Positions 24,826 to 35,230 are shown, counted from the first letter of the stretch. The stretch: DNA of 64,000 bases from Planctomycetota bacterium (GCA_965248445.1 CBDFJG010000003.1:64001-128000); one strand, 5' to 3'. Notes: generated by a model not told the origin, from the letters alone. Made by a program: numbers and translations.

Positions 24826-25313
24826 TGGACATCGCAAAAGTAGTCGGAGTGGATGTCGGCCGCCGCCACAAGCGTCGCAAGGGACGCGGCACGGGTTCCG
24901 GCGCCGGCAAGACCTCGGGACGTGGCTCGAAGGGCGCAGCGGCGCGCAGCGGATTCGGCGGTCTTTTGCATCGCGAGGGCGGTCAGATGCCGCTCATCCG
25001 TCGTATACCGAAGCGTGGCTTCTCCAACTCCATGTTCCGCGTCGAGTACGAGGCGGTCAACGTCGCCCGGCTGTCCGCGTTCCAGGGTGAGAAGGTGACG
25101 CTCGATCTCCTGAAGTCGCGTGGTCTCTTGAAGAAGCGGACCAAGCGCTACAAGGTCCTCGGCGTGGGCGACCTCTCGGTCAAGCTCGACGTCGTCGCGG
25201 ACGCATTCAGCAAGACGGCGCGCGAGAAGATCGAAGCAGCCGGCGGCACGGTCACCGTGATCGCAGTGCCGAAGCGCCCCAAGCGGTTCCCCAAGCGGGG
25301 AGGCGAGGGCTAG
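24825..25313 (+). CDS. rplO: 50S ribosomal protein L15
   Basis: GRGTGSGAGKTSGRG and EGGQMPLIRRIPKRGF motifs. Confidence 0.98.
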   Translation: MDIAKVVGVDVGRRHKRRKGRGTGSGAGKTSGRGSKGAAARSGFGGLLHREGGQMPLIRRIPKRGFSNSMFRVEYEAVNVARLSAFQGEKVTLDLLKSRGLLKKRTKRYKVLGVGDLSVKLDVVADAFSKTAREKIEAAGGTVTVIAVPKRPKRFPKRGGEG

Positions 25314-25349
25314 CCCGGCCCAGTCGGCCGAGGCGGCGAGCGACCAAAG

Positions 25350-26744
25350 ATGTTCGAGAAGTTCCTCAACCTGTTCCGCGTCGAAGACGTGCGGAAGAAG
25401 ATCGTCACGACGGTCATTCTCCTGCTCATCTACCGCATCGGATTCCAGGTGCCGGTCCCGGGCGTCTCCCAGGAACGGATCTTCCAGGTCATCGAGCAGC
25501 TCAAAGAGCAGGGCGGCCCGGGCGGCGGGCTGGGCAACTTCCTCGGCGTGTTCGGCATGCTCTCGGCCGGGGGACTACTGTCGTTCGGCATCTTCAGCCT
25601 CGGGATCATGCCGTACATCTCGAGCTCCATCATCTTCAGCATCCTGGGCAAGGTCGTGCCCTCGATCGAGAAGATGGTGAAGGAGGGCTCGCAGGGTCAG
25701 AAGCGGCTCAACCAGTGGATGCGGTGGGGCACGGTCCCCATCTGTCTCATCCAGGCGATCTTCGTGATCGAGGGCGTGCTGCTGAACCCGCAGTTCCTGG
25801 GCCAGCAGCTCGTCGATCCCGGCGACTACGCGGGCTTCCCCGGCTTCTACGTCGGCTTCTACATACCTGCCGTCATCGCGCTGATTGCCGGCTCACTCTT
25901 CCTCATGTGGCTTGGTGAGCAGATCACCGAGTACGGCATCGGCAACGGCATCTCGCTGCTCATCATGGCGGGCATCCTCTCGGGCGTCCCCGCGGCGATT
26001 CAGGAGTTGATGGATCCTCCCGGGGTGACCAGCGAAGAGGAACGGTTCGCGCAGGGCATCCTCAAGGGCGCGCTCTTGCTGGTCCTCTACCTGAGCGTGT
26101 CGCTTGCTGTCGTCTACGTAACGAAGGGGTCGCGGCGTATCCCGATTCAATACGCGCGGATGGTGCGCGGTCGCGGCGTGTACGGCGGTCAGAAGCACTA
26201 CATCCCGCTCAAGGTCAACCAGGCGAACGTGATGCCGGTGATCTTCGCGATGTCACTGCTCGTCTTCCCGAGCGTGCTGTTCAGCGAGGGCGTGCTCGAC
26301 TGGCCGTACTTCCGCGAGATCTTCAATGACCCGATCGGGTGGGTCTACAACGTCATCTACATCGCGATGATCTTCTTCTTCTCGTTCTTCTGGGTGCAGC
26401 TGATGTTCCAGCCGAGCGAGATGGCGAAGAACTTCAAGGAGTACGGCGCCTTCATCCCGGGCATCCGGCCGGGCAACGCGACGTCGGAGTTCCTCGACAA
26501 GGTGCTGGTGCGGCTGACCCTCGCGGGGTCGTTCTTCCTCGCGGCCATCAGCCTCCTGCCGAACCTCGTGTCGTCACAGCTGGGCATCTCCCAGATGACC
26601 GCGAGCTTCCTCGGCGGAACCTCGATCCTGATCGTCGTCGCCGTCGCACTGGACCTCGTTGACCGCCTCAACGCCCAGCTCCTCATGCGCAACTACGAGG
26701 GGTTCATGAAGGGCGGCACCGGCAAGGGATCCGGGGCCAAGTAG
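25350..26744 (+). CDS. secY: Preprotein translocase subunit SecY
   Basis: LGIMPYISSSII, GIGNGISL and FIPGIRPG motifs. Confidence 0.99.
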   Translation: MFEKFLNLFRVEDVRKKIVTTVILLLIYRIGFQVPVPGVSQERIFQVIEQLKEQGGPGGGLGNFLGVFGMLSAGGLLSFGIFSLGIMPYISSSIIFSILGKVVPSIEKMVKEGSQGQKRLNQWMRWGTVPICLIQAIFVIEGVLLNPQFLGQQLVDPGDYAGFPGFYVGFYIPAVIALIAGSLFLMWLGEQITEYGIGNGISLLIMAGILSGVPAAIQELMDPPGVTSEEERFAQGILKGALLLVLYLSVSLAVVYVTKGSRRIPIQYARMVRGRGVYGGQKHYIPLKVNQANVMPVIFAMSLLVFPSVLFSEGVLDWPYFREIFNDPIGWVYNVIYIAMIFFFSFFWVQLMFQPSEMAKNFKEYGAFIPGIRPGNATSEFLDKVLVRLTLAGSFFLAAISLLPNLVSSQLGISQMTASFLGGTSILIVVAVALDLVDRLNAQLLMRNYEGFMKGGTGKGSGAK

Positions 26745-26750
26745 AGCGCC

Positions 26751-27362
26751 ATGATGAAGATCGTCTTCCTCGGACCACCCGGTGCCGGCAAGGGCACGCA
26801 GGCCGCGCGCCTGTGCGGCCGCATGGGCGTCCCGCACATCAGCACGGGCGACATGCTCCGCGGTGCGCTCGCGGCGGGCACGGAGATCGGTCTCGAAGCG
26901 AAGTCGTTCCTCGACCGGGGCGCGCTCGTTTCAGACGAGGTCATCGCCCGGATCGTGCGCGAGCGGCTGGGGCAGGACGACTGCAGCCGCGGGTTCGTGC
27001 TCGACGGGTTCCCCCGCACAATCCGCCAGGCCGAACTCCTCGACGAGGCCGTCGGATCACCCGCGCTCGACGTCGTCGTGCTGATCGACGTCCCGGAGGA
27101 GGAACTGGTGCGCCGGCTCACGTCGCGCGGTGAAGGCCGCTCCGACGACAAGCCGGAGGTGATAGAGCATCGTCTCTCCGTGTACGCGAACGAGACGGCC
27201 CCGCTGCGCGAGCACTACGACGCGCAGGGCCTCCTCGTCGTCGTGGACGGGAACGCCTCGATGGATGCCGTCACGCTGCGTGTCAGCGAGGCGGTCGAGC
27301 AGGCTGTGCTGGATCGCGGCGGCGTCTCGAACGGCGACTCGTGCGCGGGCGGTGCCGCGTGA
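26751..27362 (+). CDS. adk: Adenylate kinase (short LID)
   Basis: GPPGAGKGTQ and LDGFPRT motifs. Confidence 0.98.
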   Translation: MMKIVFLGPPGAGKGTQAARLCGRMGVPHISTGDMLRGALAAGTEIGLEAKSFLDRGALVSDEVIARIVRERLGQDDCSRGFVLDGFPRTIRQAELLDEAVGSPALDVVVLIDVPEEELVRRLTSRGEGRSDDKPEVIEHRLSVYANETAPLREHYDAQGLLVVVDGNASMDAVTLRVSEAVEQAVLDRGGVSNGDSCAGGAA

Positions 27363-28114
27363 TCTCCATCAAGTCCGACCGCGAGTTCGAGGCCATGCGC
27401 GAAGCCGGCCGCATCGTTGCGCTCGTGCACCAGTGGTGGCGGGACAACCTGCGTCCCGGCATCACGACGCAGGACATCGACAAGGCGGCGGAGGCGCTCA
27501 TCCGCGACAACGGAGCGACACCGGAGTTCAAGGGCTACCACGGGTTCCCGGCAACCGTTTGCGCGTCGGTGAATCACGAAGTTGTCCACGGCATACCGGG
27601 TCCACGGCGGCTGGAAGAGGGCGACATCGTCGGCCTCGACGTCGGCGCCCGCATTCACGGCTTCGTCGGCGACGCGGCCCTGACGCTGCCGGTCGGGCGG
27701 ATCAGCGACGACGCGACGCGCCTCCTTGAGACGACGAAGGAGTGCCTGGATCTGGCCATCGCGGTCTGCGGACCGGGTGTTCGGCTCTCGGCCATCGGCG
27801 CCGCCGTCCAGCGGCACGCCGAGAAACGGGGCTACACGCTCGTGCGGGAGTACGCCGGCCACGGCATCGGCCGGAAGATGCACGAGGAGCCCTCGGTCCC
27901 CAACTACGTGGACCCGAGCCTGAGGCACCGCGATGTGGTCCTCCGGCCGGGCATGGCGATTTGTATTGAGCCTATGGTGAATGTGGGACGCCCGGACGTC
28001 CGGGTGCTCGACGATGGATGGACGGTGGTCACCCGCGACGGTAGCCTCTCGGCCCATTTCGAGCACACGATCGGCATTCGAGAATCCGGTGCGGAGGTGA
28101 TGACGATCTTGTGA
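27359..28114 (+). CDS. map: Methionine aminopeptidase type I
   Basis: VVHGIP, GHGIG, IEPM and SAHFEHT motifs. Confidence 0.98.
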   Translation: MISIKSDREFEAMREAGRIVALVHQWWRDNLRPGITTQDIDKAAEALIRDNGATPEFKGYHGFPATVCASVNHEVVHGIPGPRRLEEGDIVGLDVGARIHGFVGDAALTLPVGRISDDATRLLETTKECLDLAIAVCGPGVRLSAIGAAVQRHAEKRGYTLVREYAGHGIGRKMHEEPSVPNYVDPSLRHRDVVLRPGMAICIEPMVNVGRPDVRVLDDGWTVVTRDGSLSAHFEHTIGIRESGAEVMTIL

Positions 28115-28341
28115 GCGAGCGTGATTCCCGGAGTGCCGCGATCGTGAAGGAGATCCTTCCGAACGCGATGTTCCGGGTCGAAGTACCGGGTGGCCGGGCC
28201 CTCGTCGCGCACCTCTCGGGGGACGCACGAGCGCGCCTCACGCGCCTCGTGCCCGGCGACGAAGTCCTGGTGGAGGTTTCTCCCTACGACATCGGCATCT
28301 GCCGGATCGTCGGGAGGCCGCGCGGCGCCCGCGGGCGCTGA
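28111..28341 (+). CDS. infA: Translation initiation factor IF-1 (divergent)
   Basis: LPNAMFRV, AHLSG and GDEVLVEVSPYD motifs; position between map and rpmJ. Confidence 0.85.
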   Translation: MSERDSRSAAIVKEILPNAMFRVEVPGGRALVAHLSGDARARLTRLVPGDEVLVEVSPYDIGICRIVGRPRGARGR

Positions 28342-28393
28342 GCAGTTCCGACACCAGGTCACGCGACAGCGAGAGCGAGTCAGGAAGTGAACG

Positions 28394-28507
28394 ATGAAGG
28401 TACGAACGTCCGTCAAGCGGATCTGCAACAAGTGCAAGGTCATCCGTCGCAAGGGTGTCGTGCGCGTGATCTGCGAGAACAAGCGCCACAAGCAGAGGCA
28501 GGGGTAG
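28394..28507 (+). CDS. rpmJ: 50S ribosomal protein L36
   Basis: [37 protein letters not shown] (below the ORF-track cutoff). Confidence 0.98.
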   Translation: MKVRTSVKRICNKCKVIRRKGVVRVICENKRHKQRQG

Positions 28508-28511
28508 ACAT

Positions 28512-28892
28512 ATGCCACGAGTGAACGGTGTGGACATCCCTCCGAACAAGCGCCTGGAGATTGCGCTGACGTACATCTACGGCGTCGGTCCGCACGTCGC
28601 CGGTCGGCTCATCGACGAGGCGAAGCTGCGCCCCGAGATGCGCGCGCGTGAACTGTCCGACGAACAGGTCTCGCAGCTGAACCAGCTCATCGAGCGCAGC
28701 TTCGTGACCGAGGGACAGTTGCGGCGCCAGGTGATCCAGAACGTCCAGCGCCTCAAAGAGATCCGCTGCCACCGCGGCCTGCGCCACATCCGTGGCCTGC
28801 CGGTGCGCGGTCAGAGAACCAGAACGAATGCGCGTACGCGCAAGGGACCCAAGCGCACTGTGGCGCGCAAGCGGTCCGTGAAGGAGAGGTAG
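28512..28892 (+). CDS. rpsM: 30S ribosomal protein S13
   Basis: GLPVRGQRTRTNARTRKG motif. Confidence 0.99.
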   Translation: MPRVNGVDIPPNKRLEIALTYIYGVGPHVAGRLIDEAKLRPEMRARELSDEQVSQLNQLIERSFVTEGQLRRQVIQNVQRLKEIRCHRGLRHIRGLPVRGQRTRTNARTRKGPKRTVARKRSVKER

Positions 28893-28895
28893 GCA

Positions 28896-29273
28896 GTGGC
28901 CAAGGGCAAGAAGAAGATCAAGCGCAACGTGCCGCGGGCGATCGTGTACGTCCAAGCGACGTTCAACAACACGATCATCACGGTGACCGATCCGAACGGA
29001 GAGGTCATCTGCTGGGACAGCGCCGGCACGATTGGATACAAGGGCTCGCGCAAGAGCACCCCGTTCGCCGCGCAGAAGGCGGCCGAACGCGTCGCCGATA
29101 AGGCGATGAAGATGGGCGTGCGCGAGGCCGAAGTCCGCATCAAGGGACCCGGTGTCGGACGCGAGTCCGCCATCCGGTCGCTCGCAGCCAACGGTCTCAA
29201 GATCCGGGTCATCGAGGACCGCACGCCGATCCCTCACAACGGCTGCCGTCCCCGCAAGCGGAGGCGTGTCTAG
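28896..29273 (+). CDS. rpsK: 30S ribosomal protein S11
   Basis: ATFNNTI and [10 protein letters not shown] motifs. Confidence 0.99.
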   Translation: MAKGKKKIKRNVPRAIVYVQATFNNTIITVTDPNGEVICWDSAGTIGYKGSRKSTPFAAQKAAERVADKAMKMGVREAEVRIKGPGVGRESAIRSLAANGLKIRVIEDRTPIPHNGCRPRKRRRV

Positions 29274-29304
29274 GCGCCCGCGCGCCGGACCGAAAGGGTG
29301 AAGC

Positions 29305-29922
29305 ATGGCTAGGATCACGGGCCCGAAAGACAGGATCTCGCGTCGCGAGGGTGTCGAGCTCTTCGGTAAGAAGAAGTCGGCTCTTCTGCGTCGCGAGACG
29401 CCGCCCGGCAAGGGGCTGCGCAGCCGGCGCGGCCGGAGGCTCTCGGCGTACGGCATCCGCCTGCGCGAGAAGCAGAAGGTCAAGCGTCTCTACGGCGTGC
29501 TGGAGAAGCAGTTCCGCCGCTTCTACGCGAACGCCAAGCGCCAGACGGGCAACACGGGCGAGAACCTCCTGGTTCTGCTCGAGCGGCGTCTGGACAACGC
29601 GGTGTTCGCGATGGGATTCGGCAACACGCGACCGATGGCGCGCCAGATGGTCGTGCACGGCCACGTCCTCCTGAACGGCAAGCGGGCTACGAGGCCGAGC
29701 ATGCTGGTCAAGGCGGGCGACCTCGTGTCGGTCCGCGAGAAGGAGAACTCGAAGACCCTCGGCGCGTCCGGGGTCGAGATGTCCCGCAGCCTGCGTTCGC
29801 CGCCCTCCTGGGTTGCGGTGGACGACGACAAGCTCTCGGGCACGGTCTCCGTGCTCCCGTCGCGGGACGACGTCCCGATCGAGGTCAACGAACTGTTCGT
29901 CGTCGAGGCCTGCTCACGCTAG
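29305..29922 (+). CDS. rpsD: 30S ribosomal protein S4
   Basis: LREKQKVKRLYG and LERRLDN motifs. Confidence 0.99.
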   Translation: MARITGPKDRISRREGVELFGKKKSALLRRETPPGKGLRSRRGRRLSAYGIRLREKQKVKRLYGVLEKQFRRFYANAKRQTGNTGENLLVLLERRLDNAVFAMGFGNTRPMARQMVVHGHVLLNGKRATRPSMLVKAGDLVSVREKENSKTLGASGVEMSRSLRSPPSWVAVDDDKLSGTVSVLPSRDDVPIEVNELFVVEACSR

Positions 29923-30012
29923 CAGGCGCAGAGACGGCGCGAGTTTCAGAGTTGGTGCGAGCCGGTCAGTCCGGCGGAGGCGCTCCGGTGGGGGTGCCAG
30001 GAGGTTCAGACG

Positions 30013-31020
30013 ATGCGTATCCGTTGGCGTGAATTCGAGCTGCCGAACCGGGTCATCCAGGACGAGAGCGTCAGCGACGACTCGTACGGCATGTTCCTTG
30101 CCGAGCCCTTCGAGAAGGGCTTCGGGCACACGATCGGAAACGGCCTGCGCCGCGTGCTGCTCTCCTCGCTCGAGGGCGCCGCTCCGACGCACCTGAAGAT
30201 CGCGGGTGCGGACCACGAGTTCTCGACGCTCGACGGCGTCGTGGAAGACGTGACGCAGATCGTGCTCAACGTGAAGAAGCTCCTGGTCGACATGGACTCG
30301 GAGCAGCCCTGCGTGCTGCGCCTGCGCCACAAGGGCAAGGGCCGGGTCACCGCGGCGTCGATCCAGGAGGCGTCGAACTGCCAGGTGGTGAGCAAGGACC
30401 TGTACATCTGCACGACGTCCAAGGACGACGTGGAGCTGGACATGGAGATCACGATCCGCCGCGGCCGCGGGTACGTCACCGCCGACGAGAACTACGACGA
30501 GGACATGGAACTCGGCGTGGTCCCGCTCGACTCGATCTTCTCCCCGGTGCAGCGCGTGCGCTACTCGGTGCACGCCACGCGCGTCGGCAAGATGACGAAC
30601 TACGACAAGCTCGTCATGGAGGTCTGGACGGACGGCACGGTCTCGCCGGATCTCGCGCTGCTCGAGGCGGCCAAGATCTACCGCAAGCACTTGAACCCGT
30701 TCGTCCTCCCGGCGGACGGCGGCGGTGCGGCGCCGGCGGGCATCTTCTCGGGCCTCGCAGACGCGGACCAGGGCGGGGAGACGACGTCGCTCAAGGAGAT
30801 CCTGCTGCGGCCGATCGCCTCACTCGATCTGTCGGTGCGCGCTGCGAACTGCATGTCCGAGCAGGCGATCGAGACGGTCGGCGAGTTGGTGGGCCGCTCG
30901 AAGGACGAGATGCTCCTGGTGAAGAACTTCGGCAAGACGTCGCTCAAGGAGATCGAGAAGAAGCTCAATGAGCTGAACCTCAATCTCGGCATGGACGTGG
31001 ACGCGGTACTGAACGCCTAG
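30013..31020 (+). CDS. rpoA: RNA polymerase alpha subunit
   Basis: GFGHTIGNGLRRVLLSS and KNFGKTSL motifs. Confidence 0.99.
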   Translation: MRIRWREFELPNRVIQDESVSDDSYGMFLAEPFEKGFGHTIGNGLRRVLLSSLEGAAPTHLKIAGADHEFSTLDGVVEDVTQIVLNVKKLLVDMDSEQPCVLRLRHKGKGRVTAASIQEASNCQVVSKDLYICTTSKDDVELDMEITIRRGRGYVTADENYDEDMELGVVPLDSIFSPVQRVRYSVHATRVGKMTNYDKLVMEVWTDGTVSPDLALLEAAKIYRKHLNPFVLPADGGGAAPAGIFSGLADADQGGETTSLKEILLRPIASLDLSVRAANCMSEQAIETVGELVGRSKDEMLLVKNFGKTSLKEIEKKLNELNLNLGMDVDAVLNA

Positions 31021-31046
31021 CGTTCGAGAGGGTACGGAGAACAACG

Positions 31047-31469
31047 ATGCGTCATCGCAAGAGCGGCCGGAAGTTCGGACGCAAGACTGCCCCGCGGCAT
31101 GCGCTGCGCAGGGACATCGTGAACTCGTTGTTCCGCCACGGCCGGATCACGACCACGCTGACCAAGGCGAAGGAGTTCCGTCCGTACGCCGAGAAGATGA
31201 TCACGATCGCCAAGCGCGGCGCGGCAGCTCGTGCGGCGGACGACGGCGCGACCGCGCTGACGGCGTTCCGCCGCCTGGTCGCCGAACTTCATGACGAGAC
31301 GATGGCTACCAAGCTGATCGGCGAGATCGCACCGGCGCTCGCCGACCGCCCCGGCGGTTACACACGAATCCTGCGCCACGCGAAGGGCCGGCTCGGCGAC
31401 AACGCGCTGACCGCGGTGTTCGAACTCGTGACACACCAGGTGGCGACGCCCGAGACGGCGGAGGCCTGA
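31047..31469 (+). CDS. rplQ: 50S ribosomal protein L17
   Basis: MRHRKSGRK, ITTTLTKAKE and RPGGYTRI motifs. Confidence 0.99.
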   Translation: MRHRKSGRKFGRKTAPRHALRRDIVNSLFRHGRITTTLTKAKEFRPYAEKMITIAKRGAAARAADDGATALTAFRRLVAELHDETMATKLIGEIAPALADRPGGYTRILRHAKGRLGDNALTAVFELVTHQVATPETAEA

Positions 31470-31503
31470 GAGCGGGGCCGCGCGCCCCGCTTCCGGCGCG
31501 AGC

Positions 31504-32367
31504 ATGCGCACAGGTGAACGGCGCTGGGCCCTGGTCCGGTCGTTCTACCGTTCGTATCGCGGCTTCCACGCCATCTACGAGCAGTACGAGCGCCGTGTCG
31601 AAGCACTTGCGACGCGCTACGGTAGGGACCGCAAGGACCTGAAGGTCTCGCCGGACGAACTGCTCTCGCTGTTCGATTCCGAGGCGCTTGCGTCACTGCA
31701 CGACCAGGGTCTGGAGACGCTTCGAGACGTGGCCCAGCAGCTGTTCCGGGGCATCTCAGCGCCCGACCCCTTCAACTCCCAGCTCACCAGCATCTACCAC
31801 GAGGTCTCTCTCCTGAAGGAGGAGCACTGGACCATCCGTGAGGACGTGATGCGACGGGATCGCAAGGCCTACGATCGCTACTACCGCGAGGTGAACGTCT
31901 ACTACCCGCGGCGCCTGCGCCACGTGCGCGATCTGTTCGGTCGGGCGCGGAAGCGCCTGGAGCACGACCTTCTGCCGCAGTTCGCACGAAGCAAAGTGGT
32001 CGTGCGCTCGGTGTACTTGTTCGGCGACCGCCTCGCGCGCGGAGTCTATGACGACGGGCTTCACGCGATCTACGGCCACATGTACCCGAACGGCGGCGCG
32101 CTCACCGGACTCACGCTTGCTGCAGACTCGTTCGCCGAGGGCGGTTTCTCGAGCGAGGCCGTCGAGGCGTACGACCGGGCCATCGCCATCCTCGACGCTC
32201 AGCTCAATGACGAGGTCGACGAGGAGAGTCCCGACAGCGAGAGTCCCGACAGCGAGAGTCCCGACAGCGAGAGTCCGGGCAAAGAGAGTCGCGACCGGCG
32301 CGTCGCCCAGCGGCGCAGTCTCTCCCGCCGGCGGGAACGCGTGCGCGAGGCGGCGGGACGCATCTGA
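31504..32367 (+). CDS. Hypothetical helical protein
   Basis: Host-like codon bias; stop overlaps the miaB start; ESPDS repeats near the C-terminus. Confidence 0.75.
   Translation: MRTGERRWALVRSFYRSYRGFHAIYEQYERRVEALATRYGRDRKDLKVSPDELLSLFDSEALASLHDQGLETLRDVAQQLFRGISAPDPFNSQLTSIYHEVSLLKEEHWTIREDVMRRDRKAYDRYYREVNVYYPRRLRHVRDLFGRARKRLEHDLLPQFARSKVVVRSVYLFGDRLARGVYDDGLHAIYGHMYPNGGALTGLTLAADSFAEGGFSSEAVEAYDRAIAILDAQLNDEVDEESPDSESPDSESPDSESPGKESRDRRVAQRRSLSRRRERVREAAGRI
32224..32295. repeat. 15-nt tandem repeat (ESPDS x3 plus 2 degenerate units)
   Basis: gagagtcccgacagc units. Confidence 0.9.
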
Positions 32368-33755
32368 TGGACGGCGGCGACGGACTCGCGAGTGGTGCGC
32401 TGACGGTCGACACGACTCTGCCGCGGGCGGCACGGCAGGTGTACGTCGAAGCGTTCGGTTGCCAGATGAACTTCCTCGACGGCGAACTCGCGGTCTCGCG
32501 TCTGGCCGAACACGGGTGGGAGCGCACCGACGATCCCGACGCCGCGGATCTCGTGCTGTTCAACACGTGTTCGATCCGGGACCAGAGCGAGAACCGTGTC
32601 TGGTCGCGCCTCGGGGCGCTGCGCGAGCGCAAGGCCCGCGATGCCGGTCTCCTGATCGGCGTGATGGGCTGCATGGCGCAGCGCGAGGCGGAGAACATCC
32701 TCCGGCGCATGCCGCACGTCGATCTCGTCTGCGGAACGCGTCGCTTCCCGGAGATGCACGAACTGGTCGAGCGCGCGGAGCGCGATGGACCGGTCATGGC
32801 CGTGGCTACGGGTGACTTCGTCGATGTTGTCCGCGACGTGCGCATCCGGCCGCAGGGCCATCGCGCCTACGTGTCGGTGATGCGAGGCTGCGACCACAAG
32901 TGTTCGTACTGCATCGTTCCGCGCACGCGCGGTGGCCAGATCGACCGCCCGGTGGACGAGGTCCTCGACGAAGTGCGCCGCCTCGCCGACGACGGCGTGC
33001 GCGAGGTGACGCTGCTGGGGCAGAACATCAACACGTACGGCCGATACCTCGAGGGGCGGCCGCAGCTCGGCGGACTCATCCGGCTGGTGGATGCCGTCCC
33101 GGGGATCGAGCGCATCCGCTTCCTGACCAGCAACCCGATGGACATCCAGGACGAGCTGCTGGAGTCGATGGCGGAGACGCCCTCGGCGGCGGGTTACCTC
33201 CACTTCCCCGCGCAGCACGGCGACGACGCCGTGTTGAAGCGGATGTACCGGGGCTACACGCGCGAGAAGTACCTCGCCGTCTGCGAGAAGGCGCGGCACC
33301 TCTGTCCGGGCATCGAGCTGGCGAGCGACCTGATCGTCGGGTTCCCCGGCGAATCCCAAGCGGAGTTCGAAGCGATGCGCTCGCTGATGGAAGACGTCGA
33401 GTTCAAGCAGGTGTACATCTTCAAGTACTCGCCGCGGCCGGGAACGGCGGCGGCAGCGAAGTTCGTGGACGACGTCTCCGATCAGGTCAAGCGCACGCGA
33501 AAGAACGAGCTGCTCGCCGTCCAGGACCGCATCTCGATCCGTCGCAACCAGGCGCTGGTCGGGAGCGAGCTCGACGTCCTCGTGGACGGGCCGTCGGCTC
33601 GCAACGCCGAGCGCTTGTCCGGACGCGCAGCGAGCAATCACGTCGTCATCTTCGACGGCTCCCCGCAACTGGCCGGGCAGTTTGTCTCGGTGCGCATCGA
33701 GCGTGCGACGGCGGCATCGCTCTACGGCGCCGTGGTCGCCGGGAGCGCGCGCTGA
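32367..33755 (+). CDS. miaB: tRNA-2-methylthio-N6-dimethylallyladenosine synthase
   Basis: GCQMN, NTCSIR, GCMAQ, CDHKCSYC radical SAM motif, TRAM C-terminus. Confidence 0.95.
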   Translation: MDGGDGLASGALTVDTTLPRAARQVYVEAFGCQMNFLDGELAVSRLAEHGWERTDDPDAADLVLFNTCSIRDQSENRVWSRLGALRERKARDAGLLIGVMGCMAQREAENILRRMPHVDLVCGTRRFPEMHELVERAERDGPVMAVATGDFVDVVRDVRIRPQGHRAYVSVMRGCDHKCSYCIVPRTRGGQIDRPVDEVLDEVRRLADDGVREVTLLGQNINTYGRYLEGRPQLGGLIRLVDAVPGIERIRFLTSNPMDIQDELLESMAETPSAAGYLHFPAQHGDDAVLKRMYRGYTREKYLAVCEKARHLCPGIELASDLIVGFPGESQAEFEAMRSLMEDVEFKQVYIFKYSPRPGTAAAAKFVDDVSDQVKRTRKNELLAVQDRISIRRNQALVGSELDVLVDGPSARNAERLSGRAASNHVVIFDGSPQLAGQFVSVRIERATAASLYGAVVAGSAR

Positions 33756-33799
33756 GTCGCGGCGGCCGCGACGAGACGACGGCCGTTTGCCGAGGCGCG

Positions 33800-34939
33800 A
33801 TGCGCCTCGCGCTGGAGCTGGCGGAACTCGGCCGCCTGCGCGTCGAGCCGAACCCGCCCGTCGGTGCGATCGTCTTGTCTGCAGCGGGCGACGTCGTGGG
33901 CCGCGGTCACCACGTCGCGTACGGAGAGGCCCACGCTGAGCCGGTGGCGCTCGCCGACGCCAGTGAGGAAGCGCGTGGCGGCACACTCGTCGTGACTCTC
34001 GAACCGTGCGCGCACACCGCGAAGAAGACACCGCCCTGCCTGCCCGAGGTCCTCGCGTCCGGTGTGCAACGGGTCGTGATCGGGTCCTCGGATCCGAATC
34101 CCGCTACCCGCGGCCTCGCCGCGCCGGAGCTGGAAGCGGCCGGCATCGAGGTCGTCACCGGCGTGCTGCGCGAGGAGTGCGACGCGCTCATCGCCCGCTA
34201 CGCGGCGTTCGCCGGCTGCGGTGTGCCCTGGACGATCGCGAAGTGGGCCATGTCGGCGGATGGCCGCATCGCCGACGCGCGTGGCGCTGCCCGCTGGGTC
34301 TCCGGCCCAGAGTCGCGTCGCCTCGTGCACTCGATCCGCGCTCACGTCGACGCAATCGTCGTGGGACGCGGGACCGTGGCGAGGGACGATCCCGAACTCA
34401 CTCCGCGCGATGTCGCGCGGCCGCCCGGGCGGAACCCGGCGCTGCGCGTCGTGCTCGACTCGCACCTGCGCGTCCCGACGACGGTGCGCGTGATCACGAC
34501 CGCCCGCGAAGTGCCGACTGTCGTGTTCTGCACGCCGGAGGCGCACGCCGCCCGCACCGGGATCATCGAGGACCAGGGCGCCGAGGTGGTGCCGGTTGCG
34601 GCCGACGAGACAGACCGGGTGGATCTCGACGCGGCGTTCCGGGTGCTGCACGAGCGCGGAGTGCGCCGCGTGCTCTTGGAGTCGGGCGGCACCCTGACGG
34701 CGTCCATGTTGCGTGCCGGTCTCGTGCACCAGGTGATGACCTTCGTCGCCCCGGTGGTCGTCGGCGGCGAGCGAGCGCCGACACCGTTCGGCGCGGCCGG
34801 GTGGGAGATGACCGACGCTCCGCGCCTCGAGGAGTCGCGCGTCACCGCAGTCGGCAACGACGCTTTGCTCGAGGGCTACTGGCCGGCCGACACCGCCGAG
34901 TTCCTCCCGCCCCAGCGCCGGACGCGCCGCGGCGACTAG
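33800..34939 (+). CDS. ribD: Riboflavin biosynthesis deaminase/reductase RibD
   Basis: PNPPVGA, HAE, TLEPC..PPC and SADGRIA motifs; start approximate. Confidence 0.95.
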   Translation: MRLALELAELGRLRVEPNPPVGAIVLSAAGDVVGRGHHVAYGEAHAEPVALADASEEARGGTLVVTLEPCAHTAKKTPPCLPEVLASGVQRVVIGSSDPNPATRGLAAPELEAAGIEVVTGVLREECDALIARYAAFAGCGVPWTIAKWAMSADGRIADARGAARWVSGPESRRLVHSIRAHVDAIVVGRGTVARDDPELTPRDVARPPGRNPALRVVLDSHLRVPTTVRVITTAREVPTVVFCTPEAHAARTGIIEDQGAEVVPVAADETDRVDLDAAFRVLHERGVRRVLLESGGTLTASMLRAGLVHQVMTFVAPVVVGGERAPTPFGAAGWEMTDAPRLEESRVTAVGNDALLEGYWPADTAEFLPPQRRTRRGD

Positions 34940-34949
34940 CTGCGTCGCG

Positions 34950-35230
34950 TCACGGCGCCCGCTCCGCGACCGCCGCGCCGCTCCTGGCCAGTGTGTTTCC
35001 CTCGTACGCGGTCTCCGACCGCTACCGAGGTGGCTCACTGCGGGCGGGCACTCCGATCGCTGGCGCGATCTCGTGCCCGTCCTCGCTCGTGCCACGCCGT
35101 TCGGAACGTAATGGCGTCTGCAGCGGGAGCAACGGGAATCGCCCTCGAGATGCGGCGAGTAGCGAGGGCGGGGCGGTCGCGTAGCGGGCGCCGTGCGCGC
35201 AGCCCTCCGTAGCGATCGGAGACCGCGACG
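34950..35230. repeat. Inverted pair of GTAG-type REP-like palindromes between convergent genes
   Basis: tacgcggtctccgaccgctac at 35005-35025; inverted variant at 35209-35227; second inverted pair cacggcgcccgct.cgcgaccgcc. Confidence 0.65.

Noticed and set aside
32900..33799. Long N-terminal extension of RibD
   Set aside because: It overlaps miaB in another frame and has the Arg/Gly-rich composition typical of GC-rich shadow ORFs.
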